Shown piece by piece: positions 13,297-24,375 of a stretch of 64,000 nucleotides of DNA (the stretch's first letter is position 1; each line of letters opens with the position of its first letter). The position numbers and the translations under genes are program-made. The DNA is from Takakia lepidozioides (lineage: Eukaryota > Plantae > Bryophyta): positions 31,930,001-31,994,000 of the forward strand of contig CM060731.1 of NCBI GenBank assembly GCA_030704615.1. The letters run 5' to 3'. Below the pieces are notes generated by a model. The model saw nothing but the letters and a program-made list of their open reading frames with translations, had not been told where the DNA came from and ran no database searches.

Positions 13297-13690
13297 CCCT
13301 GCCATAATCAAAGAGACAAGTGACACAACACCAGCTGGAAACACCTTTCCTGAATTTTTGTATCGAGAGCCCATCACAAACAAGAGAAGCCCTGAAACAG
13401 CAACACCGATAGAGGACGCAAGGACAGGGTTCGAGGGCAGGTTCAGATAGACATAATAGAGGATCAGAGCTGACCCTCCCCCTGACAGCAATGACTTGCT
13501 GCTCCCAGATTTTGCAAATCCGATCACTCCTCCCAGACCAACAAGGACTGCATACGCCAAGGTCAGCTTCTGCGACATAGACAGCTTCATCTTTCCGTCA
13601 CCACTTCCCTCTTCCTGTCCTCCCTCACCACCGTTCCTGTTGCCTCCATTGCCCGACACTTGGGTTACATGCTCAGCCAGACCTTCAAAA
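13297..13690 (-). pseudogene. FAX2: Captured fragment of plastid fatty-acid exporter FAX2-like (TMEM14 family)
   Basis: Gly-rich linker then SMSQKLTLAYAVLVGLGGVIGFAKSGSSKSLLSGG...MGSRYKNSGKVFPAGVVSLVSLIMAG. Truncated at both ends; no intron visible. Confidence 0.85.
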
Positions 13691-14541
13691 ACCTGGCCCA
13701 AAATTCACTGGCTGCTCGGACACTGACATGACCAAACCTCTTTAACTCCAATCAGCCTGCTGCTGAGTTACGATCTCATCACCAAGCAAAATCTATCCCA
13801 ATGCCCAGTTGAGCTGCCAGTCTCGCATTCACTTTCCCCACCAAGGCAGCTGCAGTACACTGACTGTCTTAGCTCCCTCCATGACAACCTCCCGCATTTG
13901 GGCAAGTTCAGCTTCACGGACCTCCCAGCGACTTAGCAGCTGCTTCAGGTCATGGTCCTAGCTAGCGCATGCTGGGCTGCAACCAGTTGCAGATCCTTAT
14001 CGTGTAGAAACCCCTTCACTGCTCTCTTTCCATCTCCTGATGCCATGCTCCATCCTCCAGCCACTTCACTTGTTTCAGGCACCCAGGTCCCTATGGGCAG
14101 GTCACATGCTCCTGTGCCAGCCAGAACAGTGACATTCGACCCCTTCGTCTTCAGGAACAAGCTGGTAGCTTCCTTGATGTCATCAGTTTCCTGGACACTT
14201 AAACGGCAGTATGGTCGCCACCTCTGATTGAGGCAGTAGTGGTGACGAAAGGAGAAGAGAACACAGGGAAAGAGCGAGGAAAAATAAGGGCGGAGAACTG
14301 CTCATGTCAAAAGGTCAAAGCCAGAGAGGTCGAAACATTGTGCGAAGGGGGGCCGTGTTTCTGCTGCCCTCTCCCACTTCAGCGCAACATTCAGCGTCCA
14401 GAGAGTGAAGTCCCTCAAAATTTAGAGAGTGAACCCACCGGCAACAGGAGTGCTCTCAAGCGGACATTGAGCGCCCTCCACTGACTCAGTTGAGTGTGCA
14501 AACCTTTCTGCTCATGCAGTTCCAGCAGTCAATACTCACTC

Positions 14542-15033
14542 CTAGTGATGATGATGCTCATGCCCTAGAAGACCACCCTCTCCTATCACCTTCAACTGAA
14601 AGACTTGGCTGCAGACTGAGCATTCATACTATTTGTCCTTCTCCAGCTTGAACCATGTCACATCATGCTCATCCTCACCAACACCTCCTGAGCACCCAAC
14701 TATCCGCTCATCATAGTGTGACTCCACAATTGCAGGGGCATCCTTGGTTCCAAAGGGACCACGAGGCGGATCCAGATCAAAGCGCTTCCCACCCGAGCGC
14801 TCCGCTTCCAACTCCTCCAGCTCAACTCCTGTTGCAATTCCAAAATCGCCCGAGCTGCCTCCTGCACTTGCCAAATCACGACTACGATGCAACCACCGCG
14901 CATATGAGAGACCCCGATGTTCTGATTACTCCGCTTGCAGTTGCGGGTTACACAGCAATGTCGGTGGAGGCACACATGGTACACGCCTGGATGCAACCAA
15001 CCGTGAGAGCCTGCATCCAGCCGTCCTCAACAT
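14542..15033 (-). pseudogene. COX5B: Full-length intronless copy of cytochrome c oxidase subunit 5b
   Basis: One frame of 164 codons: Arg-rich presequence MLRTAGCRLSRL, IATGVELEEL..GPFGTKDAPAIVESHYDERIVGC.GG.GEDEHDVTWFKLEK, YECSVCSQVFQLKVIG, stop at 14542-14544. Premature stops at 14926 and 14629. Confidence 0.92.
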
Positions 15034-15334
15034 AGCGCCCCACTCCCTCTGGGCCTTGCCATCACACCACCAGCTGCCATCGACATATCCTCCGCAGCCG
15101 GCGACGCCCTTACAGTGGAAGCACACCTCGCCAATGCCAACAGAAATATGGGCAGACCACCATTACTCTCTCTTCTACCACACCATTGCGACTGGAGATG
15201 TGAGGTGAACTCAAGCTAGAGCCGTTCTATGCTCCTTGCTTGAGCTGCGTACAAGACCATGACCATCTATATTATAATAGTGCTTAAAAAAACAAAAACA
15301 TCATATCTAGCTTAGCACTGGAAAACTAGATAGT

Positions 15335-15682
15335 GCTCATCTCTCTCGAGTGATAACCCAAACTAGATAAGGACACACACTCTCAACACAAGAAATATGC
15401 AATCCCTCAACATCACTCTTTAAGATAATAGTCGAGCCAGGGGCACCCCAAGCTATGGGGACTCCACCCCACAACAACCTACACTCCCATCATAAGCACA
15501 CTCAGATCTGAAGAATGCAGGAGCTCGGTCGCGCAGGCTCAACTCGAGAGAGATGAGCTGCGCGACTGCCGCTCTCGTGAAGATAAGACGGACCAGGTGT
15601 CAAACTAAACTTGACACCTGATTTAACACTTGACCTAAATCCAAGTGTTAAATACAAATAACTAGTTTTATGCTAGCTGTTT
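15335..15682. repeat. Cluster of inverted repeats at the 5' end of the DNMT-gypsy element
   Basis: CAGGTGTCAA/TTGACACCTG (15594-15620); ATTTAACACTTG/CAAGTGTTAAAT (15621-15653); GTCGCGCAG(G)CTCA/TGAGCTGCGCGAC (15528-15566); 17-bp perfect inverted repeat 15335-15351 vs 15542-15558. Confidence 0.85.
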
Positions 15683-15708
15683 TCACACTGTGCTTATTTA
15701 ACTTGACA

Positions 15709-16135
15709 AACTGGTCAGACGTACCAATATCAGTTCTGTCGATCAACACATTGGCACACTGGGGGAACAAATTTTTGTCCATTATGATATAATCCACAAT
15801 GGAACGTTCCCCAGTTTGGGATTTCTCACGAGTCCACTGCACTTGGTCACCTCTTGTCATGTTATTCGAGGTCAAAAGCTGAAGATCTTCTAGACAGTTA
15901 ATTAACCGTCTGCCATTAGAATTCAGTTCGTCCTCACCAAAAGGTCCAATGATATCGTCCTGATGGAGCCCTTTGCCCACCCGGGCATTGAAGTCACCCA
16001 ATAGCACCACCTGACCTTTGGCAAGGAACGAAGCACAGTCCAGCTTTACATCTTCGAAGGCTTTGTCTGCATCAGCACAAAGCGTCCCCTCTGTGGGGCA
16101 TGTAAACACAACCCACAAAGAGGTCCTTCGTCCTT
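15709..16135 (-). mobile_element. LINE apurinic-type endonuclease fragment (5' continuation of 2450-3665)
   Basis: LLGDFNARVG, NSNGRRL, SIVDYII, GTSD motifs in ORF 15648..16118. Confidence 0.88.
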
Positions 16136-16141
16136 GAGACT

Positions 16142-16144
<3 letters not shown>

Positions 16145-16178
<34 letters not shown>

Positions 16179-17885
16179 CACTCCTGAGACGTTGCTTATC
16201 ATAGCCTTGTGGCCACAGACCTTGCCCGTGCCCAGCAGAACAAGAGGGAACAGACATGAGGGGCTCACTCCAGTAGTAGGACTTACCGTGTTATAAACAT
16301 TAGTTCAGGCTTTCCAGATTCCTTTTAGAAAGCCCTTCACACAAGCATCAATATGTTGTATGTGGGCTACCAAGCAATGAGACCCCAACAGGGCCACCGC
16401 TTTAGACTCAGCCTTGAGATATTGAAAGTTGGTGAACAGAGGTGCAGGGACTATGTTCTTGATGGTCCTGAAGAGGGTCGCTCTCTGATGAGAATACCCC
16501 GGACTTGTATCAGAAAATGGACATTGTCTTCAGGCCACCCACACCTGTGAGCATTGACAATCTCCCTTTCCTCTCTGCATCTGTTTATTGTTCAAAGGTA
16601 GACTCCCCATCCTGAGGTTAAATTTTCAGTCTAGTGCCAAGGGTAGGTCTGCCCTTCAGATCATCCTCAAAGTCCTCACCCATGTCACAAACTGGAAACG
16701 AGTTCAGGGAAGTTTATGCCTAACATTGTTTTGTTCGGACATTCTTCATGCTTTTGACATGGCCTTAGACACTTCAGCCTCCACGTCAGATTCATCTAGC
16801 AAGGTGAGTTCTTCCTTCCTAATATTCAGGTATTTATCATAGGGTCGCTGGTATGAGGCATGCGATTCAGCTGACTGTACCATCTGACCTTGAACTCATC
16901 ATGTTGAGAGCTCAAGGCTGGTACTCCAAACCCACCCTGAGCAGCCACGTCAGTTGTTCTACAGCTTCTGGGTCAGGGGAAAGATATGGAGGATGGTTCA
17001 CAACCTGCATGTGAACACCAAAGCTTGTGTTGTGGTCAAAAGCGAGAAGTCTAATTTCTTTGACATTGACCAAGGTGTAGCTCAAGGTTGTACCCTCTCC
17101 CCGCTGCTCTTCAATGTTTTCGTTTATCAGCCCCTTAAAAATTAGGAAAGCAAGAGATTAGGTGGGTGATGCCGCCATACCAGCACTTATGAAGAGATCA
17201 GGCCTTATCAGGCCTTGGAGTACACATCTGCCGTGTGGGTTGGCCAACTCCAATCATGCTAAAACTTTAGAATCCATTCAGCTTTTGGTGCTCAAAGAGA
17301 GCATGTCAGCGCGTGCACCATAAGATGTCAAGGAAGGAAACCTTTGTAGAAGGAAGGTGTCGTTCTAGGACAGAGGTTTCCTTAGAGGTTTCTTTCTTTT
17401 TTTCCTTCCTTGAATAGGCCAGCTCAAGGACATGGTTGACACAGCCCCCAGGAAGCCTGCCTCACCTTCATGGAAAACACTTCCAGACTCCAAATCAACC
17501 TCAAGATGGGTGCTTATTATCCTACAGAACAGCTTGCAAACTGTGGTAAGAAGTGTAATGCTATGGTAGTTCCCAGGCTGTCATCTGTCACCTCAGATTG
17601 ACACTGACACCCTCTCTCCAGCGAAAGGGTATCATTTCAGTCTTCCAAATAAGGTCAAAGAGGAGTGCAAGGGCATCTACCATATGATCACACCAGGCTT
17701 GACAATCGTATCAGACACACCAGCTTTATAGCCCTTTAGAAGTTCTATTGCTTCAGCAATCTCAGAAGAACTCATGGGCACATTGTACCCCTTTGTGATG
17801 TACTCCAGTTTTTCAGGGTTGTCTTGGATTGTAGACAGTCATTTCCACTGTACCCTTCCATTCTTTAGAAGACTCCTCACTGTTA
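16145..17885. mobile_element. Degenerate, rearranged LINE: 3' tail with (GA)n 16145-16175, plus-strand RT fragment ~16950-17330, minus-strand pre-RT fragment ~17600-17885
   Basis: Tail homologous to 1883/2450. GVAQGCTLSPLLFNVFV in ORF 16954..17145. 17617-17885 resembles 2660-3005. Confidence 0.75.
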
Positions 17886-18010
17886 TAGGCAAGTCTGACT
17901 GACAGGGTCTTCTTGCATCGGCCTTTGGGCTTGGCTTACCCACTAGGTTTGCCATCCCTAGTAGTATGGTGGTATTGTTTCTCATGTTTATGTTGAGCAA
18001 TGTGTGCAGA

Positions 18011-21000
18011 GTTCAGTCAAAAAAAGGAAGGGAATTGCAGGGAAGGATGCGAACGAGCATAAGTTTCTTACTCCAGCAAAGTGTGCACCAACTATTGCGC
18101 CAACTGCTGTGATGAGTGGTGCGGTTGTTCTAACTTACAAAAAACCAGCCCCGCCCACTCCACACACTGACGTTCAAGCTCCCTTGTATCCACCAGTATC
18201 GGCTCCTCCCTCGTATCCGCATATGTACCCGCAGTATCCTGCCATGTCAGGGTATAATCTGCATGGGCACATGCCATATCCTCACTATCAACCTCCAAAC
18301 AATGATCCTCAGTGCCAGAATTACAATTCTTTTGCTCCACCTGCAGGCGCTTCAATGCATGATCCTAGTCAAGGTGGGTATTCCATTTACCACCATTATG
18401 GAATGCATCCCCATAGTATGTATCATCCTCGGCCTATGTACAACCAACCTACTTCCTCCCTCTATCCTACCAGCCCTGCAAGACCACACCAGGGGCAGGT
18501 CCAGTATGGTGGCCACCAACCTTCAGGATCCAACTACAGTGGAGTACAACAGCCGGCACCTTCGAGCTTCACTGCACCGCGGCCACCTCTTTATCCAACA
18601 TCTCCAGGTACACCTAATACCCTGAAAGGGAAAGGCATTCTGAAACAGACCGAGGATGCATTTGCTCCGCATCATCCTGTGGGGTGGGAGACAGCAGTCC
18701 AGCCCCAACAGAGTGAAGGTGGTAACATGCAAGGTACTGCTGAAACCTTGCAGGATTCCAACCTTACTCCTGGGGGACATCAGGTGTGACTCCTATAGAA
18801 TGAAAAAATGCTTTAAGGAGGGAAAGAAGGGCACTTGCAAAAGATCTGAGAGACCAGGCTGCTCAAAATGTGGTTGTAGGGAGGAGGAAATTTTTCATTT
18901 CTTGTGATGAACTTGGAAACCCTGAAGGTCCTGCTCGGAACCAGTGGATGACAACTCTGCGAGGGCAGTGTCAACGTTTGTTGGACTGGTCATTGTATGC
19001 TCAGGATCAACCATTACACTTAATTGAAAAGATCATGGAGATCTTGGCTTCAGATTGGGAATACAGACCTCCTGGTCTTAACATAAAGGCTATTACAAAA
19101 ATAATTTGCGGGCAGCTCAAGTACCAACGAAATAAGCTGTTCAAAAATTACTATAGTGTGGGGCTGCCCAAACCCCATCATGTGCCAGACAAGACATGGG
19201 CACAACTAGTTGTTAGTTGGGGTTCCACTGATTTCAAGAAATTCCAGGCAAATGGTGTCAAGGCGCGGGGATGTGTGAAGAATACATCTCGATCGGGTCG
19301 CAGTGGAATCAGCGGTGTTGTAGCACGACTGGTATACTTCTCTTACAACATAGGAAGTTCCCACATTGTTTTGCATTGATAAACTTTATGTGTTGGGTTT
19401 TTTTGGCTAGAGCTCAGAGTCTATTCCTATATGGATGGAATTAGTACACATTGCTACTACTTGGGGGCCTTCTCATAGTTGGGCGCCAGCAAGAAACTAA
19501 GCACTCTTATTGAGGGGGAGTCATTGACGCTATCCTAGATAATTCTTTACTGTTGGCAGTGTGCTATGCTAGTCATTTACACTTGCAAGTTTGTTGCAAT
19601 CACAGGAGGAGACTGGACGTACACCAAGTTTGCAGGAGATCGCCGGTAGCGCCAAGAGTGACAAAGGCTACGGGTTGGGGTGTACAGGCAGTGCAGCCAC
19701 AACGGTATATAAACCAATTCTGGTGTGAATTACATATTCATGATTTCCATGCCATTGCTAGTTGCCGTTTGGTTCTCTTTTCTTACTAGTTCATCAGTTA
19801 GTGTAGTGAATTGTTACTTTGGAGGTGTTCTATGTGATGGGGTAGGGAATTGGTTCACTAGCAGCTCGCCTCAATGCTATGGAAAACAAACAAGTGCAGA
19901 TGGAAGCCAGCTCCAAGGCAGCTTCCAAGTCCAACTGGAGGCAGCAGCTGCATTCAACATTGTGCTAGCTAAACTTGGCATGAATGTGCCAGATTCACAG
20001 CCTACAGGTCCACCATGCACCACCTTTGCGCCACAGACAACAAATGAGATTATTTCTCATGTTATGGGCTCACCACTCAACCTGTTCAAGGCAGTTTCTT
20101 CACCGCCACCAAAGCCAAACACAATAGGCTCATTGTTTGGGCTTTCAGAAATGGAGGGGGATAATGACATGGAGGGTTGGTCTGAAGGTGAACTCAATCC
20201 ATCCCCCCATATTGTTGAGGCAACTGCAAAGTGTTCATCAGTCTTGTTGTCCCCTACACCAGTAGCACTGTCGGCATATGTACTACCCTCTCAATATGCC
20301 TGTGAGGTCTCCATGAATTTGCACAGTGCCCCACAGAAAGGTGTGTCTTTTGTACATGATAATCATGTACAAGTTGTAGGTAATTGCCCTTCGGCAACTG
20401 AGAGGCAGAAACACATCCTTATACTTGACTTGAATGGATTGTTATGTGAGAGCAGACTACGAACAAGGGAATACCTAGAGCCCACTGTCACCTCCAGACC
20501 TGGGTGTCAGGAGTTTCTGGACCGATGCCTTCAGATTTTTGATGTAGGTGTATGGTCTTCCATGTCATTGAGTAATGTCCTTCCAGTTGTGAAAGCTTTG
20601 TTTCGTGGGAAGCAACCAAAGATGGTGCTTCACCAAGACTATTGTCACCAGCCTGTGGGAATGGTGGACCCTTTCAATCCTTCTAAAACTGTCATGTACA
20701 AGAACTTATGTAAGTTCTGGAAGGACTACAGCCATTACAATCCAACCAATACTTTGCTGGTGGATGATTCCCCACTCACTTGCTTACCCAACCCTGCAAA
20801 TAATTGCATCTTCCCGTATCCATGGAAGTTGAGGGATCAGCCAAACTGCAAGAGGCTTATGAAAGAATTACTGCCTTGGTTAGAGGGTGTATCCAAGGCT
20901 GCACACATCCCTGAGTATGTGTCAGGGCACCCATACAGATATGGGCAGCCCAACTACTTGTTCAATACTGCAGCCATGGGTAGTGGATCACAACAATCTG

Positions 21001-21935
21001 CAAAGGCATCCGAACCAGGGCTTCATGCTGCCAGAGTTCCAACGACTTTGCCTCCCGATGCAACAACAAAGCATAATCAAAGAAAGGTGAGAGCAGAAGT
21101 TTCAATGCTTGGGCGCGTGGGTGGATTTGTATTGTTAATGCTACTTCACAATTTGTGTCATTCGTGCTATTCTCATTTTTTGATCGTTGTGGCATTCAAT
21201 ATACAGATGGTGAAACCAGTGAAGCGTTCAATGGGCAGGGAGAGTACAATATGTGCTATCAATCAGACTACAACCACAGTGGATCTAACTGAACCACAAG
21301 GTAACCAACAAAATCCGCACAGTGTAAGTACTTCCTTTGTGCAATTTTGTTTCCTTGTCTGATGTTGGATCAATACACCCCCTATGTATCGCCACATAGC
21401 TGCAAGCCCAACAACCTACAAAGGTAGTTTTGTGACATCGTCCTACCACATCCATGTTGACCATGCATAACCTGCTATCAACTAGGTATGGCACCGTTCC
21501 AGTTTTGATCATGTCAGCATGTAGTATAGAGACAGCAAATGCAATTCAGAATTGGAAGTATGCAATAGGTAGGGTTGGGGTGTTTGCTGGAAGAACTTCA
21601 ATGCCATTTTGCAGGAGTGCCAAGCTGTCAGTCTCTGTTCTCCAAGGTTCATTTCTGATATAGGAATCTGGTTTTTGTTGCAGTTTCAGATCGGCGACAA
21701 GGTGTTATTGTTTGATCCTTGTGCACCAAAAAGAAGGGCAGGTGTGGGATATATTGCTGGATTTCCGAAAGCAAATGTGCTAGACAACTATTACCGTATC
21801 CATGTGAAATCGGTCATGATTTCAGAGGTTGTGTTGCCGTACCCGGACTACTCTGTTACCCCTAATCATACCACATTGGGTGACACGCAAGGAAGTTCCA
21901 CCTTATGGTCTGAAAAGTTTCTTAAACACGCGTGA
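18011..21935 (+). CDS. Spliced CACTA TnpA-like gene: Pro/Tyr-rich region, Transposase_24-like domain, NIF/FCP1-like HAD domain, Transposase_23-like C-terminus
   Basis: PHHVPDKTWAQLVVSWGS..K..NGVKAR...SRSGRSG (18870..19379); ILILDLNGLL..RPGCQEFL..VGVWSS..KNL.KFW..NTLLVDDSP (20409-20830); YRIHVKSV..VVLPYP..TLGDTQGSSTLW (21685-21935). Exon boundaries are approximate. Confidence 0.7.
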
Positions 21936-22897
21936 TATTGAAGGTGCTACAAGTTTAGTTTAGTTTTCTTTATGGATTGAGGGTTGCTGAGACAGTTGAA
22001 CAAAACAGCTCTTTTCACATGAACAATATTTTTTGAATTGATGGTCTTGCTATTCTCATGTATGATGACAAGATCCCCTTGTTCAAGGGCAACTTCATTT
22101 TCCCACATCAAGCCAAATTTTTCTTGTGTAGACATGAATGTGGTATTTTGCTGGTTGTTTGCTATATTTAATATTAATAACATTACTACTGGTCAATGTG
22201 GTTAATAATACAATTATTATCCCTGTTTTAAATAAGCTTTTATTAAAATGAAACAAAACAAATAATAATTCTAAAATAATAATATATTACATATTAAATC
22301 AAGCAGCCAATGGCTTTTGGGGGTGCTATCCCATTTATAATAATAATAATAATAATAATATGACTATTCATTTTGGCATTTGTCAACAAATAATAATTGT
22401 TTACTTTTCGTCCAATAGGAACAAAATAATGGATATGACAGTATTCACACTAGTGTCATTGCGATCACACCACGACTTGAACCTGGTGTTAAATCTGTGT
22501 GAGAGAAGCCGTAAGAAGAGCCCTTAATATCTATTATTTATTTAATAATTCTGATGGACTCTATTACGTGGCATTCCCTTTGACATACATGTGGCAGACA
22601 TGGTGGCAATGAGGTGTAATAAGTACCGTAGAAAGACCATTAAGATTACTTAGTCAAAATAGTAGAACTAACCAGTCAAAACGGCCTTCAAAATATCCGT
22701 CAAAAGAGCCACCTAAACCTACTGCCACATCAGGTGCAAGTTTGGTGTGAGATGGTTTTTTTCACAGGACCAAGAAAGTTCACATGTGGTGCAAAGGACT
22801 AGGTTAACCTAACACCAAGGGGGGGTAGGAACATGGGCTCTTTTCACACCAAAATGTGTGAGAAGAGCCGTTAAAAAAACCGGTTTCTATATTAGTG

Positions 22898-24375
22898 ACA
22901 CCAACTTCCCACAACAATTTCAGCTCATCCACAAGGGGCTGCAGATAAACATCTGCATTGTCATTTCCCACAGATTGTGGTCCAAGAATCAATAAAGCCA
23001 ACATCGTGAAAAATGGCTTAGTACAGAGCCAGGGTGGAAGATTATAGTTCACCAACATGACAGGCCATGTTGACCATTTGTTTGATTTATCACTGTGAGG
23101 ATTGACACCATCCCATGCGAGACCCAATCGCAGATTTTTGGGGTCCGCTGCAAACTCAGGCCATTTTTGGTCAATGTGGGCCCAAGCCTTGTTGTCTGCT
23201 GGGTGCCTAACCAAGCCATCCTGACTTCGATTCTTAAAGTGCCATGACATTATCTCTGAGATGGACTTGGCTTTATACATTCGAAGCAGCCTTAAGATGA
23301 TAGGGAAATGTCGAAGGACCTTACGAGGTACTGGCGTCTTCGTACCCACCACATAACGACGTGCCTGACATTTTGGACAAACCTCCAAATTCTGAAGCTC
23401 CCTTCTGAACAACACACAGCCTTCCGGCCATGCATGTATACTCTCGTAATGAAGCCCGAGTTCCATTATGAGTTGTTTTGCCTCATAGTGGGACTTTGGC
23501 AGGCAATTGTCTGCTGGCAACAGTTGTCTTCCTAACAATGTAAGGAGTTCATCGACAAAGGTGTTTGACACACCATGGGTTTGACAAGCATTTAACAGCA
23601 GTAAGGTAGCAGACAATCGAGAGGAAGAACTCCCTACATATAAAGCCCTGGATACCTCGTGCTCAAAACGTAAGGCACTCGCTGCACCACGATCACCATC
23701 GCTTTGCAGTCCACCATCAGTTTGCTCTAGCACTCCATCTGTGTCCCATTGGCCCTGTGTTCCATCTCCCATTTCCTCATGTGCATCACCAGTTTGCACC
23801 CCATTATCTATAGTTGCGAATGTCTCCCGGAGCATTCTAAGCATGTCAAGATTACGATCCAAGGTATCAGGACCACCTGCAGGGCTGGTTTCCGTCCTAA
23901 ACCCCTCATGTTCGTCTCCAGAGTTTTCCTGCTTAGTACATATCAGATGCCACATGTCAGCCCACTATAAGATGGAGAGTTTTTTCATTTGCAATAATGG
24001 ATGTGGAACGTGCCATTTTACAGCCACGTGGCAATAGGAAAACGGACATGTACAATACTCTACACCTTACGACAATACCGCTACCAGGAATTTGAATTGT
24101 TTCTTATAATTTCAAAGTATGCATCTGCAAAGGGAAGAGAATCCAGAGAGATGCACCGGGAGTTCTCGTAAGTTAGGATCTCGCAAGTTCAGAAGCAGAT
24201 GACGCTTAGCCCGGCCAATGGTTTGCCAGTTCCCACCATGACAGGCATTGCATGGACATAGAATTTTCCGAAGACCCAGTCTTCTTGCTCGCGCTTCCTC
24301 TAGTTTCCACAATCTGTCATCGTCATGTTCTGCTTGTGTCCGCCTTTGCAATCGACAGGCAGTAGGAGGGATCAT
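22898..24375 (-). pseudogene. CACTA transposase (transposase-associated domain plus Transposase_21/TnpD-like), 3'-truncated at 22898
   Basis: ILCPCNAC..HL; CPKCQARRY, KVLRHFP, HPADNKAW, NLRLGLAWDGVNP, STWPVMLVNYNLPPW, DVYLQPLVDELKLLWEVGV. Confidence 0.92.

Larger units (their letters stand above)
3666..15708 (-). mobile_element. Ty3/gypsy-type retroelement encoding a C5 DNA methyltransferase and PHD finger; no LTR pair found
   Basis: Ends TGTCG...(3666) and ...TTGACA(15708) are flanked by AACT at 3662-3665 and 15709-15712. Removing the element restores the LINE endonuclease frame DIGTSDQFLVWNEIK. Confidence 0.85.
1..22897. mobile_element. CACTA/En-Spm DNA transposon, copy 1 (left end outside window; interrupted by LINEs and the DNMT-gypsy element)
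   Basis: Right terminus ...CCGGTTTCTATATTAGTG at 22897 (reverse complement CACTAATATAGAAACCGG). 1-393 is near-identical to 24304-24696, and 22051-22897 is near-identical to the copy-2 right end. TnpA-like exons lie at 102-693 and 18011-21935. Continuity across the inserted block is inferred. Confidence 0.7.

Noticed and set aside
14542-15033. COX5B and FAX2 as functional host genes
   Set aside because: Premature stops or truncation, no introns, and location inside a TSD-bounded retroelement.
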